Of a stretch of DNA of 64,000 bases, positions 41,403 through 51,591 are shown one piece after another. Source of the DNA: Sedimentisphaerales bacterium (lineage in GTDB: Bacteria > Planctomycetota > Phycisphaerae > Sedimentisphaerales > SM23-30); contig CAXXFK010000020.1 of assembly GCA_963663965.2 (NCBI GenBank), forward strand, positions 192,001 to 256,000, written 5' to 3'. Positions within the stretch are counted from its first letter, which is position 1, and every line of letters starts with the position of its first letter. Both the position numbers and the translations under genes were made by a program. The notes below the pieces were generated by a model, which made no database searches, was not told the DNA's origin, and saw only the letters and a program-made list of their open reading frames with translations.

Positions 41403-41893
41403 CGTATTTCAATAATTTCAATTTCCCTCTCATGCAGACCATCTCTCATCATATAGTCATAACACTGGCGACTTGTCTCTGCATAACTGTTGAAAAAACT
41501 ATGCACTTCACCTTCAATATCTTCCCCCTTTCTCCAGCGTTCATATAATACTGCCATATCTTCAATTGTCTTCCCTTTAAAATAACTGCCATCCATCGCA
41601 CTCCCGGCTAAAGTTACAAACTCTTCTAACGAAATTTTACCTTCGAGATATCTAAGATACCAAAAGCCTATTTCTAAATTGATCAAATCATATTCAATAT
41701 TTTCATAATGAATAAAGACTGATTGAGCAAAACTAATAACACCGTATTTATTTTTACTAAGTGATATATCAATAAGCCACATCTGAGGTTTTTCGGCTTT
41801 CATAATCAGCTTGTCCGCCCATGCAATAATTTCATGAAGATCCAGATAATATGAATCTACTACTGATGATACAATTATAGGTAATTGAAACAT
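41399..41893 (-). CDS. Hypothetical acidic protein (putative immunity protein)
   Basis: GAGG RBS; EIIAWADKLI......WLIDISL N-terminus; low GC; first of three coupled genes. Confidence 0.55.
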   Translation of the reverse strand: MFQLPIIVSSVVDSYYLDLHEIIAWADKLIMKAEKPQMWLIDISLSKNKYGVISFAQSVFIHYENIEYDLINLEIGFWYLRYLEGKISLEEFVTLAGSAMDGSYFKGKTIEDMAVLYERWRKGEDIEGEVHSFFNSYAETSRQCYDYMMRDGLHEREIEIIEIR

Positions 41894-42362
41894 AACAGAT
41901 ACCTCTGTTTCTATTTTTACGGTCTTTTTAGATAACGTAATATGAAATTCTGATTAATCAGGGCCGGTCTAAATAAATTGACTTCATTGATATCATTTAT
42001 TATGACATCTGCTGAAACACTATTGGTTGATTGATTCTTTATAATGATTTGTATAATTTTTGAGTCCATTTAATACAGTGTATTTCAGCTTAATATAAAA
42101 ACAAAGTTTTAAATGCCTATAAGCCCTATAGAATTTATAGAATTCATATTCACAATCGCATCACAACATATTATTTAACATAAAGTTAGCGACTTTTCAC
42201 TCCAACAAAAACAGCCCCTGATCAACCCCAGGCCGCCCAACGAATCCTATCAACCGTCAACCAATTCCAGTATCCTCCGCAATCCCCCCTTTACAACCGG
42301 CTGAAATGTCTTATGATGGAATCGTGTACATTGAACGATAAAGATGATCCGTTTCAGCCTGT

Positions 42363-42388
42363 GTAGAGACGCGATGCTTCGCGCCTCC
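42363..42388. repeat. GTAG-type REP-like palindrome
   Basis: GTAG-AGACGCGA-tgct-TCGCGCCT-c. Confidence 0.55.
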
Positions 42389-42465
42389 AATCATAAAAGT
42401 ATTCGGAACAATATTAACCCGATGGGTAACAACAAGACTTACCTGTTTCTATTGAGAACTCTATC

Positions 42466-42954
42466 ATGCCTTTATCCAAATTCGAACTGACCCAGGAACT
42501 GGAAATCCGCACCGCGACCATTGACGACCTGCCCGCTATTTTCCACCTGGGTGAAATGGTCTTCACCTCCCAGGACTACTCCAATCTGTACCGCACCTGG
42601 GATGAATTCGAAGTGACCAGCCTGTTCAATTCCGAGCCCGAGTACATGCTCGTCGCGGAGTTCGACAACAAAGTGGTCGGGTTCGCGCTCGGCACCACCA
42701 TCGAAAAAAACCGGTCCGCCTGGAACTATGGCCACCTGCTCTGGCTCGGCGTCGACCCGGACTTCGCCGGCAAAAAAATCGGCAGCCGCCTGTTCGACCG
42801 CTTCCGCGATATCATGACCAAAGCCGGCATCCGTATGCTCATGGTCGACACCCAGGCTGACAACGAGGAAGCCATCCGCTTCTTTCGCCGCAAAGGATTC
42901 GTCGATCCCATCGAACATGTGTATATGACGTTGAATTTGAATCTGAAAAAATAA
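42466..42954 (+). CDS. GNAT-family N-acetyltransferase
   Basis: IRTATIDDL, VVGFALG, LGVDPDFAGKKIGSRL (acetyl-CoA loop) and N..AIRFFRRKGF motifs. Confidence 0.92.
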   Translation: MPLSKFELTQELEIRTATIDDLPAIFHLGEMVFTSQDYSNLYRTWDEFEVTSLFNSEPEYMLVAEFDNKVVGFALGTTIEKNRSAWNYGHLLWLGVDPDFAGKKIGSRLFDRFRDIMTKAGIRMLMVDTQADNEEAIRFFRRKGFVDPIEHVYMTLNLNLKK

Positions 42955-42972
42955 CCAGCGAAAGGACCGCCC

Positions 42973-44082
42973 GTGGCACACCGCAAGACCGGCATCCATC
43001 GTAACCGCCTGAAAAGCCTCTTCCGGGAAATGGTCGATATCTACAGCCCCTCCGGCAAAGAAGAAGAGATCGTCGAGTTCCTGGCGTCTTACCTGCACGA
43101 TAAAGACCTGCCCGTCACCCTCCGCGAAGTCAGCGAAGGCCGGCGCAACGTCGAGGTGGTCTTCAAAAACGCCATCCCCAGGGTCGCCTTCATCGGCCAT
43201 GTGGATACCGTTCCCGCGTTCGATATCGACGACTACGAATCCCAGGAAAGCGAAGGCCGGATCTGGGGACTCGGCACCGCCGATATGAAAAGCGGTTGCG
43301 CCGCCATGATCGAAGCCTTTGTCTCGCTGGTCGAACAGGATATCATCCCCCGTCAGGCCGGCCTTTATCTGGTTGTCGGCGAAGAAGAGTCCGGCGATGG
43401 CACCGAAGCCCTCCTGGCGGCCCGCTCCTTCGAATGGGCCCTGGTCGCCGAACCGACTGACCTGATCCCCTGCCTGGGCCATTACGGCTATATGGAAATG
43501 CTCGTTCGCGCCTTCGGCAAACGGCGTCACGCCTCCATGGCCTGCCACGAATACAACGCCATCATGGGCATGTTGAAAATGCTGATCAAAGTCGTGGAAG
43601 ACATCGAAACTGAACATCCTGATGTCATTTTGAACATCCGCGACATCCACAGTTCCGAAGCCGGTTTTGCCGTACCCGGCAGTTGCGAAGCATTTATGGA
43701 CCTGCACCTGCCCCCACCCGTCGCCCCGGCCGGCCTGGCGCGTGAACTGAAATCCCTGGTAAAAAAGTGCCTCGAAAACAATAAGCTGAGCAATTACGAA
43801 ATCGAATTCCCCCTTAAAGCCGGCGGCTACCAGCTGAACGATAACGGCTTATTACCCGAAGCGCTGCGCAAAGTCTATGCCGGCCAGAACCTCGACTGGA
43901 ATCCCGGCGCGTTCAAGAGCCATTCCGATGCCAATCTGCTCTGGGAAGCGCAATGCAAACCCATCATCCTCGGCCCCGGCCAACTGGCCATGGCCCATAC
44001 CCGCGATGAATCGGTGGATTTCGAACAAGTCATCTCCGCGGCGGAAATCTACCGTGATTTGTTGATCACCCTGATGGAATAA
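42973..44082 (+). CDS. M20-family metallo-hydrolase (ArgE/DapE-like deacylase)
   Basis: SPSGKE, GHVDTV, GLGTADMKSG, VGEE, VAEPT, SDAN and GPGQLAMAHTRDE motifs. Confidence 0.9.
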   Translation: MAHRKTGIHRNRLKSLFREMVDIYSPSGKEEEIVEFLASYLHDKDLPVTLREVSEGRRNVEVVFKNAIPRVAFIGHVDTVPAFDIDDYESQESEGRIWGLGTADMKSGCAAMIEAFVSLVEQDIIPRQAGLYLVVGEEESGDGTEALLAARSFEWALVAEPTDLIPCLGHYGYMEMLVRAFGKRRHASMACHEYNAIMGMLKMLIKVVEDIETEHPDVILNIRDIHSSEAGFAVPGSCEAFMDLHLPPPVAPAGLARELKSLVKKCLENNKLSNYEIEFPLKAGGYQLNDNGLLPEALRKVYAGQNLDWNPGAFKSHSDANLLWEAQCKPIILGPGQLAMAHTRDESVDFEQVISAAEIYRDLLITLME

Positions 44083-44141
44083 ACCCGCCGTGCGTGTAAT
44101 GATCTCATCAATCGGACAACTCAGATGAAACGAGAACTACA

Positions 44142-44894
44142 ATGATAAAACTTGGTTTAATTTTCGCGTTATTATCAGGACTGGTTGTTATTTTACTCGC
44201 CGTCGATGACCACACAGCAACCCCACCGCCGGCCCAGCCCGACCAATACCTCAATGATCTCTGCCGGCTCTTGCAGGCCCAGTGGCCCAAAAATCGCCTC
44301 ATTAATATCGTTTGCCATGGCCACAGTGTCCCGGCCGGCTATTTTCGTACGCCCATCGTTGACACGTTCAATGCCTATCCCCATCTGCTGCACGCCGGAT
44401 TGAAACAACGCTATCCCTATGCGGTGATTAACACCATCGTAACCGCTGTCGGCGGCGAAAGTTCAGACCAGGGCGCCAAACGTTTCCGCGATGAAGTGCT
44501 CTGCCACCGCCCGGATGTCATCACCATTGACTACGGCCTGAATGACCGGCGCATCGGCCTCGAAAAAGCTCGCCAATCCTGGCAGGCCATGATCGAAATG
44601 GCGCTGGCCAGCAATATCAAAGTTATTTTGCTGACTCCGACCGGCGATACCGGCGCCCACCTGGACGATCCCGATGATCCGCTCAACCAACACGCCGAAC
44701 AGATACGACAACTCGCGCGGCAATACGGTGTCGGACTGGTGGACAGCCTGGTTGCCTTTAAAGCCGCCATGAATGACCAGTGCCGGTTGCATGACCTGAT
44801 GTCACAATCCAACCATCCCAACCGCCGCGGCCACGAGTTGGTCACCGAACAGCTATTAAAATGGTTTGAAATCCCTTCAGACAAAACAAATTAA
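44142..44894 (+). CDS. Secreted SGNH/GDSL hydrolase
   Basis: Signal/TM segment; GHSV (block I variant), GGESS, YGLND and NHPN..GH motifs. Confidence 0.85.
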   Translation: MIKLGLIFALLSGLVVILLAVDDHTATPPPAQPDQYLNDLCRLLQAQWPKNRLINIVCHGHSVPAGYFRTPIVDTFNAYPHLLHAGLKQRYPYAVINTIVTAVGGESSDQGAKRFRDEVLCHRPDVITIDYGLNDRRIGLEKARQSWQAMIEMALASNIKVILLTPTGDTGAHLDDPDDPLNQHAEQIRQLARQYGVGLVDSLVAFKAAMNDQCRLHDLMSQSNHPNRRGHELVTEQLLKWFEIPSDKTN

Positions 44895-44961
44895 TTGCCC
44901 GGATCAACCGGTTGTGCATCCGCTCGCACCTGGCATAACCTGTTAACCACCAAAGCGCCTA
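44891..44961 (-). pseudogene. Displaced 3' end (23 codons) of putP
   Basis: Reads LGALVVNRLCQVRADAQPVDPGN* in frame with ...PGFAANG at 46183 once the IS630 is removed. Confidence 0.7.
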
Positions 44962-46180
44962 GTGCTCTGTAAAAACTAAATATTCTTATATAGCATGTCC
45001 GATAATAACTCCATAAACCGAATATTTATGGAGTTTGTTATGAAAAAGTACACCGTTCGTCTCACTGACGCAGAGCGGAAAGAACTGCTTGAAGTCGTTA
45101 CGAAACTCAAGGGTACATCGCAAAAAGTCAAACGGGCACAAATCTTGCTTAAGGCGGATGCGGACGGCCCCAACTGGTCATGCAATCAAATCGCCGAAGC
45201 TTTCTTGTGTCGCCTCAGGACCGTAACAAAAGTTCGTAAATCGCTGGTAGAAAGAGGGTTTGACATCACATTGAACGGTAAGCAGCGTGACACGCCGCCT
45301 CGCGCCAAGCTGCTGGATGGTGAGCAGGAGGCAAAGATCATTGCCCTGAGGCTGAGCGATCCGCCGGAAGGTTACAGTAACTGGTCGTTGCGTTTGATCG
45401 CCGACAAAGCGGTGGAATTGGGAATCGTAGAATCCATCAGTCACACCACCGTTGCCACGACGCTTAAAAAAATGAAATAACGAACCGAAAGATACAGTAC
45501 TGGGTGATACCGCCGGCGCAAAACAGTGAATTTGTCGCGTGCATGGAAGATGTCCTGAATGTCTATTCCCTGCCGTATGACCCGGATTTTCCGGCGCTCT
45601 GCATGGATGAACAGCCGGTGCAATTGCTCAAGGAAACTCGCACTCCGATGGCCGCGACCTTACATCATCCTCGTCGAGTGGACTATGAATACGAACGTGC
45701 CGGAACCGCCAGCCTATTCATGTTCACAGAACCGAAATCCGGCTGGCGTGGGGTGAGTGCTCGTCCACAACGGAAAAAAGCTGACTGGGCCGTTGAAATG
45801 GCAGAGTTGCTGGAGGGCCGCTATGCCCAAGCGAAACGAGTGCTTCTGGTGTGCGACAATTTGAATACGCATACCAAGGGAGCTTTTTACGAGGTTTTTC
45901 CTCCGGAGCAGGCGCGCCGGTATGTGGAAAAAATTGAATTTCATTACACGCCCAAGCATGGCAGTTGGCTCAATGTGGCCGAAAATGAACTGAGTGCGAT
46001 GACCCGGCAATGTCTGAAGGATCGAAAAATGACCGACATGGATAGGCTGAAAAAAGAGACGAAAGCATGGGCCACCCACTCCAACGAAAAGCAACGAGGC
46101 GTTAACTGGCAATTTAAAGTGGAAGATGCCAGGTGTAAATTGAGATCACTATATCCGAATATTTAATCTTTACAGAGCAC
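44962..46180 (+). mobile_element. IS630-family insertion sequence (~1.2 kb)
   Basis: IRs GTGCTCTGTAAAaacTAAATATTC and GAATATTTAatcTTTACAGAGCAC; TA at the left flank (44960-44961) but TT at the right flank (46181-46182). Confidence 0.92.
45040..46166 (+). CDS. IS630 transposase in two ORFs (HTH 45040-45480 and DDE_3 to 46166) joined by a -1 frameshift
   Basis: orfA KKYTVRLT..RAQILLKAD..WSLRLIA; A7 run at 45466-45472 gives LKKNEITNRKIQYWVIPP in the -1 frame; orfB CMDE, CDNLNTH and YTPKHGSWLNVAENEL motifs. Confidence 0.9.
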
Positions 46181-47551
46181 TTGGCCGTTCGCCGCAAATC
46201 CCGGCACAATCTCATAAATAATCCGATCCCCCAGCCCGGTCTGTTTCCAGATGACCAGAACAACCGTCCCGGTCAGCAACCCGGCCAGCGCCGCCTGCCA
46301 GGCGACCCGCTTGCTGTAAAGCGCAAACAATACCAGCGGCCCAAACGCAGCCCCCAACCCACCCCAGGCGTATGCCACTATTTCTAAAATGGTCTCCTGA
46401 GGATTTAAAGCCAACCCCATCGCAATCGCTGAAATAATAATCACACACGCCCGGCTGATCGGCACTATCTGGCGTTCCGATGCGCTTTTCTTGATAAAAC
46501 GCCGATAAAAATCTTCCGTCAGCGCCGATGATGATACCAGCAATTGCGAATCGATTGTCGACATAATCGCCGAAAGTATCGCCGCCAGCAGGATACCCGC
46601 CAGCCACGGATGACACAATTGCTCGATAATCCCAATAAAAATCTTTTCCGGATCACCATAAGGCGGCTGCTCAAAAATCGCAATGCCAATAAATCCCGCC
46701 AGCACTGCACCCCCGAGCGAAATCACCACCCACACAATGGCAATCACAATTGATTCGTGCAGTTTTTTGACCGACGCCACGCTCATAAACCGCGATAAAA
46801 TATGCGGCTGACCAAAGTAACCCAACCCCCACGCCATCGCTGAAACAATCATCAATCCCGGATATTCTCCCGATGGAATTATGCTAAACGATAAATCCCG
46901 CGCCGCCAGCGCCGGTCGCAATCCGGACATCCCATCGATATCAATCCACGCCAACACCGGCACAACAATAATCGCCAGCACCATTAACAGGCCCTGAAAC
47001 AGATCCGTCCAGCAAACCGCCAGAAATCCGCCCATAAAGGTATAAAACACAATCACCCCGCCGCCAATGAGAACCGCCCGGCTATACAGAATATTGAAAA
47101 CCGCGTCAAAGAGTTTGCCCGCCGCCACCAGCCCCGCACTGGCGTAAATCGTGAAAAATAATAAAATAATCAACGCCGACACAAAACGCAGCCAGCCGGT
47201 TGGATCGTTAAAACGTTTTTCCAGAAAACCCGGCAGCGTAATGGCTCCTTCTACCTCACTCTGGCACCGCAAACGTCTGGCAACCAGTAACCAGTTTAGC
47301 ACGGTGCCAATCAACAATCCCACCGCAATCCATATCTGTGACAATCCCGTGGCAAAAACCGCTCCGGGCAATCCCATCAACAGCCAGCCACTCATATCAC
47401 TGGCCTGGGCCGATAGCGCCGTAACCCAGGCGCCCATCTTCCGGCCGCCTAGCAAATAATCCTCTATCGTCCCCGAACGCTTATAAAACCAGGCCCCGAT
47501 CACAAACAATACCATAAAATAAACAATAAATGTCAAATAAACAGGATTCAT
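46163..47551 (-). CDS. putP: Sodium/proline symporter, last TM helix truncated by IS630
   Basis: DYLLGGR, ALSAQASDMSGWLLMGLPG, WTDLFQG, GLGYFGQPHILSRFM, AIMSTIDSQLLVSSS and YEIVPGF motifs. Confidence 0.93.
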   Translation of the reverse strand: MNPVYLTFIVYFMVLFVIGAWFYKRSGTIEDYLLGGRKMGAWVTALSAQASDMSGWLLMGLPGAVFATGLSQIWIAVGLLIGTVLNWLLVARRLRCQSEVEGAITLPGFLEKRFNDPTGWLRFVSALIILLFFTIYASAGLVAAGKLFDAVFNILYSRAVLIGGGVIVFYTFMGGFLAVCWTDLFQGLLMVLAIIVVPVLAWIDIDGMSGLRPALAARDLSFSIIPSGEYPGLMIVSAMAWGLGYFGQPHILSRFMSVASVKKLHESIVIAIVWVVISLGGAVLAGFIGIAIFEQPPYGDPEKIFIGIIEQLCHPWLAGILLAAILSAIMSTIDSQLLVSSSALTEDFYRRFIKKSASERQIVPISRACVIIISAIAMGLALNPQETILEIVAYAWGGLGAAFGPLVLFALYSKRVAWQAALAGLLTGTVVLVIWKQTGLGDRIIYEIVPGFAANGQVLCKD

Positions 47552-47637
47552 ATCAGGTTAGATTCCATTCGCGAAAATTCTTTCTAGCCCGGGGAATTGC
47601 CGGATACAGGCTCTATAAGGAAAGCCCTGATTACGGA

Positions 47638-48876
47638 TTATTCATTATGACTGGGAGCCGACACGGATGCGGTCTGGAATGATCGAACCGTTTGAGCGTA
47701 AACTTTTGACAGGCGACTGACCATATGGGAAACCAGAAAGTGTTTTTTCAAATACTGTTGTGCGTTAATACCCAATTGGCGACTTGCCGGACGGTCATGA
47801 ATCGCTTTCCGTAATACCTGCGCCAGTGACTGGGTATTGCCCGGTTCAAAATTCAGCCCGGTCTGTTCGTGCCGGATCAGGTCGGGCGCCGTACCCCGGG
47901 GCGCAACAATGGTATTGCCGACACTCATGGCTTCAAGTAATTCGGGTTGCCAGATCGGACTTTTATGCGGCACAACGAAAATGTCATATGCGCTTAGAAT
48001 CGCCTTGAGCGCATCACTTTCTTCCACCAGCTTATCAATGGGATCGATAAAATGAACACATTCATTCAATTTGAGCTGATTGACTTTATGACGCAGATGT
48101 TGCTCCAGGCGCCCGCTACCACTTAATGCCACCGCAAAATCCTGGTTACTGTCTGCCAATATTCTCAAGGCATTAATTAACATATCCAGATCCTGGCCAT
48201 GCTGATACGGACTGCAGCACACCAGTTGCGGCATACAATCCGGCCGGACAAAACTGCTGGTGGTTTCGGTGATATGAGTACCGATCGGCACAAAATAAAT
48301 ATGACGAGCCGCGCCAACATGACGCTTGCGCAAACGGCGTGCCACGTAGCTGCAAGAGGGCAAAATGCCTTCAGAGAAACCCGCGTGATGAAAATGCGCC
48401 TCACCGTCCCGGGCCAAAACGGATACCAGCAAGGGAATATTCAGGATTCGGGCCAGGTTGCGACCCTGATGGGCCAGATGATCCTGCAGGGCATGGATCA
48501 GGGCCGGCTTATATTCCGCCAGAACGCCGGCCAGACGAATATCTCTCCGGTGTGGAACCAGCGTTTCCAGAGTCGGCAAACGGGGACTGGATATATCTAC
48601 GCGCCGTTCAACACATTCTGTCCGGGGTGACGTTTCATAATACTTCCGGACTTCCCGGATCACCCGTACCGGCGGACAGGGAGCGAAATCCAGATAGTCG
48701 CTTTCGCCCAGGCAAAACAGATTCAACTCCTCGACTTCATCCAGCAAACCAATACATAAGCGGCGCATAACCGGGCCGTAAACCTGTAACGCGGCATCAT
48801 CACACAGCAAAACAACGCGCGGTCGCCTTACGACATCCACATTGCTGCCTTCAGTACTGGTCATTGGCTGGTCCAT
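47638..48876 (-). CDS. Glycosyltransferase family 4 (GT-B), divergent
   Basis: GSGRLEQHL, DIFVVP...LLEAMSVG..IVA and LIRHEQTGLNFEPGN C-terminal GT-B motifs. Confidence 0.75.
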   Translation of the reverse strand: MDQPMTSTEGSNVDVVRRPRVVLLCDDAALQVYGPVMRRLCIGLLDEVEELNLFCLGESDYLDFAPCPPVRVIREVRKYYETSPRTECVERRVDISSPRLPTLETLVPHRRDIRLAGVLAEYKPALIHALQDHLAHQGRNLARILNIPLLVSVLARDGEAHFHHAGFSEGILPSCSYVARRLRKRHVGAARHIYFVPIGTHITETTSSFVRPDCMPQLVCCSPYQHGQDLDMLINALRILADSNQDFAVALSGSGRLEQHLRHKVNQLKLNECVHFIDPIDKLVEESDALKAILSAYDIFVVPHKSPIWQPELLEAMSVGNTIVAPRGTAPDLIRHEQTGLNFEPGNTQSLAQVLRKAIHDRPASRQLGINAQQYLKKHFLVSHMVSRLSKVYAQTVRSFQTASVSAPSHNE

Positions 48877-48908
48877 ATTTGCTTATTGTAAAGACCTGTC
48901 CGGCCGCG

Positions 48909-50781
48909 TCAATCAATTAAAATCAACGTCGGCATCGTCGCGGTTACCTGCTCCTGCCGGATGAGGGTCCAGAAATTCAGATAATAATCCGCCAGAGAAT
49001 GATGACCCATAGTATGGCTGCCAGTCATCTGATTGGCCAGAGAATATAACGTGTTCAGGGCGGCCGCGGCTGTGGGCCGGGTATTCTGGCCGCTATCAGC
49101 CAACAGGCTTTCCAGCAATTCCAGCAAGCTCTTGGGCCGGGGCAAATGCACCAGATTCCACTCTTTCAGATCCGCCTGTTCCGCGGCGTAAGCCACAGCC
49201 TGATCCAAGCCGCCGATTTGATCAACCAGACCCAATGCCAATGCCTGAGCGCCGGTGTACACCTTGCCCTGCGCCAGCTCTTCGATATCATCAGTCAGCC
49301 GATCACCCCGCGAATCGGTGACTGCCTGCTTAAAAGTATCATAGACAACTTCCATTTCGTGAGTCAGCCAGAGACGCTCTTGTTTTGTAAAAGGTTCGGT
49401 TGAACTGAACATTCCAGAGTTTTTCCCACGTTTGAAACTAAAGGTCTTGATTCCAATCTTATCAAAAAGCTCTTTCATGACAATTTTGCCGCCCACCACG
49501 CCTATTGAACCGGTCAGGGTGGATGGTTCGGCAAAAATTTCGCTGCCGCCACAGGCAATATAATAACCGCCCGACGCCGCGACGCTGCCCATGCTGACTA
49601 CCACCGGCTTATCTATCGCTGCGTCACGCAGGGCATGATAGATGATATCACTGGCGGTGGCGCTGCCACCCGGAGAATCGATTCGAACGACCAATGCTTT
49701 CATTCTCGCATCCGCGCGTGCCTTCTGGATTGCCAGTCGTAATGTCCGAGAACCGGCTGAAGCGCCCACCCAGCCTTCGTCGCTATCGCCTGAAACAATG
49801 GACCCATTCACATGGATCACGCCGATCAGATCGCCACTGGGTTCTGCCGGCGGCTGCATCATCTGGCCCAATACGGTAAATAATGATAAAGGATTACTCA
49901 AATCCGCGACATCCCGGCCTTTTTGTTCCTGATCGACATACATGGCAACCGGTTTGCCAAGATCTTTCTCCAGATATTCAACAAATTCGCGCCGGTACAT
50001 AACGTGATCCACCAGGTGAGCCTTCAATCCATCCATGGCGTTATATGGCCCCTGGTCAATAAGCTTTTTAACGCGTTTCACCTTTAAACCACGCCCATCA
50101 GCAATACTCTCAACCATATGGTCGTACAAACTGTCAAAAAGCCGGTTTGGTCTGATCCATTTCCGCCTCCGATGGCTCCGTTCGGGTCAGCGGCTCAGCG
50201 GCTGATTTATAATCGCCAATACTAATGAAATCCGCTTCTAATCCCACCATATCCATTAACCCCTTTAAATAGATCGCTTCACCCGCCAGCCCGGACAGGG
50301 GCAGGTCGCCTGTCGGTGTGATCACAATTTCATCGCAGACACAGGCAGTCAGATATTCCTGCAAGGTGGGACTTTCAACATACGCGTAAACCTTCAATCC
50401 TTTTTCACGAGCATCCCTAATGCCTCGCCTCAGATGATCGGCATGAGCCCAGCTGAGCGGACACTGTTCAAAATTTAACAGGACGGCATCATAGCTTTTT
50501 TTTGTGGCATATTCTTCAAATTGATGGATCAGATCAAATACGCTGGTCGAGCCCGTTCCACCCAGGGTTAAAGCCATCACATCGGGCCGTTCAGTCAATA
50601 TCCCCTGCATCTGGATGAGTTTCACCCGATAAGGTTTTACTGTTTCCGCCTGACTGTTTTCCGCCTGTTCCGGAGCCGTTTGTTCATCCAGGGCAGGGGA
50701 TGCCATAATCTGAAAAATACCGCCCAGGACCATTAAAAAGAATACACCCAGCGCCAGTTTTTGTTTCCACGAATTGGCCAT
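48909..50781 (-). CDS. sppA: Signal peptide peptidase SppA (two S49 domains), frameshifted near 50145
   Basis: ORF 50134-50781 (GDYKSAAEP) and ORF 48909-50129 (RIDSPGGSA, SMGSVAASGGYY, TGSIGV) join as ...QTNRLFDSLYDHM if one base is removed. Confidence 0.88.
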
Positions 50782-50902
50782 AGTTAAGGCTCCTTAATCA
50801 AACTATTATTATAACAAAAAGAGTTATGACTTCTCTCAGCATCCAGTTTACCGAAAAGCCGGTTAAAATTAAAGACGATTCTTAGAGTGCCTGACAAAAT
50901 GA

Positions 50903-51066
50903 TTTTTCTAGCGAGACCGGGCGAAAAAGTGGTCAGCAAGGTCGAAGATCCGCCTCAGGAGGGCCGCAGGGGTCAAGCACCCGCAGGCAACCCTGCTATG
51001 GGTTGTCGAGGAGGGTTGGCCCCGAGAACGCAGATGACGACATTTGCAGCCGGCCGCAGCAGAAAA
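50903..51066. other. Structured GC-rich intergenic element (MITE-like repeat or ncRNA)
   Basis: Imperfectly complementary ends (tttctagcgagaccgggcgaaaaagtggtcagc versus reverse complement tttctgctgcggccggctgcaaatgtcgtcatc) and an internal hairpin GCAACCC-tgctat-GGGTTGT. Confidence 0.4.
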
Positions 51067-51114
51067 TTTATTTTGTAAGGGGCTCTTAATCGTATTTATT
51101 ATATCTCTGCGCAT

Positions 51115-51143
51115 AAAAAAAGCAGGCAATCAGCCTGCTTTTT
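51115..51143 (-). terminator. Rho-independent terminator after flgM (bidirectional geometry)
   Basis: AAAAAAAGCAGGC-aatca-GCCTGCTTTTT. Confidence 0.8.
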
Positions 51144-51161
51144 AGCGAAAAAAACTAACAA

Positions 51162-51452
51162 CTACTCCCAATTATGCTCCTGCAACAGTCTGTCGAGAGC
51201 TTCGGAGAGTTTTCCTTCTAAATCGTAAGAGCCATCTGCCAGTTGCTGACGGATTTCCTGCACTTTTTCCTCACGAATGTCAGGCATTGAGGCAATCTGG
51301 CCTAATAAGCGGGCACGTTCAGAGATCTCGACCCGGTCGCCGCTGACCTCGTTTGAGCGAGAGGACTCCGTCGGTCGGGCCGATGGCGAGTTCATCTGCG
51401 TTTTATTCAACGCCGATAACTGGCCATAGCCAATTTGGTTAATTTTACTCAT
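51162..51452 (-). CDS. flgM: Anti-sigma-28 factor FlgM
   Basis: GDRVEISERAR...PDIREEKVQEIRQQLADGSYD signature; GGAG RBS. Confidence 0.9.
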   Translation of the reverse strand: MSKINQIGYGQLSALNKTQMNSPSARPTESSRSNEVSGDRVEISERARLLGQIASMPDIREEKVQEIRQQLADGSYDLEGKLSEALDRLLQEHNWE

Positions 51453-51562
51453 TTTTACTACTCCGGTTTTAAAGGTTGTCTATTCTGCTTAAACTACCCT
51501 ATGGTTATCTCAATAACAATATATTGTATTTTTGAAAATCCATTTTCTTCCTTACACCTGCT

Positions 51563-51591
51563 ATATCGACGGAGCTATTCGTTTTTCTTGA
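51563..51591 (-). promoter_or_regulatory. Putative sigma-28 (FliA) promoter of flgM
   Basis: Minus strand TCAAG-N16-GTCGATAT, about 110 bp upstream of flgM; resembles TAAA/TCAAG...GCCGATAT. Confidence 0.45.

Noticed and set aside
41916..42090. ~56-codon minus-strand frame (WTQKIIQ...YLKRP*) upstream of the immunity cluster as a possible toxin remnant
   Set aside because: No start codon or recognisable motif; cannot be distinguished from chance.
45466..45480. IS630 transposase split as a pseudogene or sequencing error
   Set aside because: A -1 shift at an A-run between the HTH and DDE ORFs is a common IS630 organisation.
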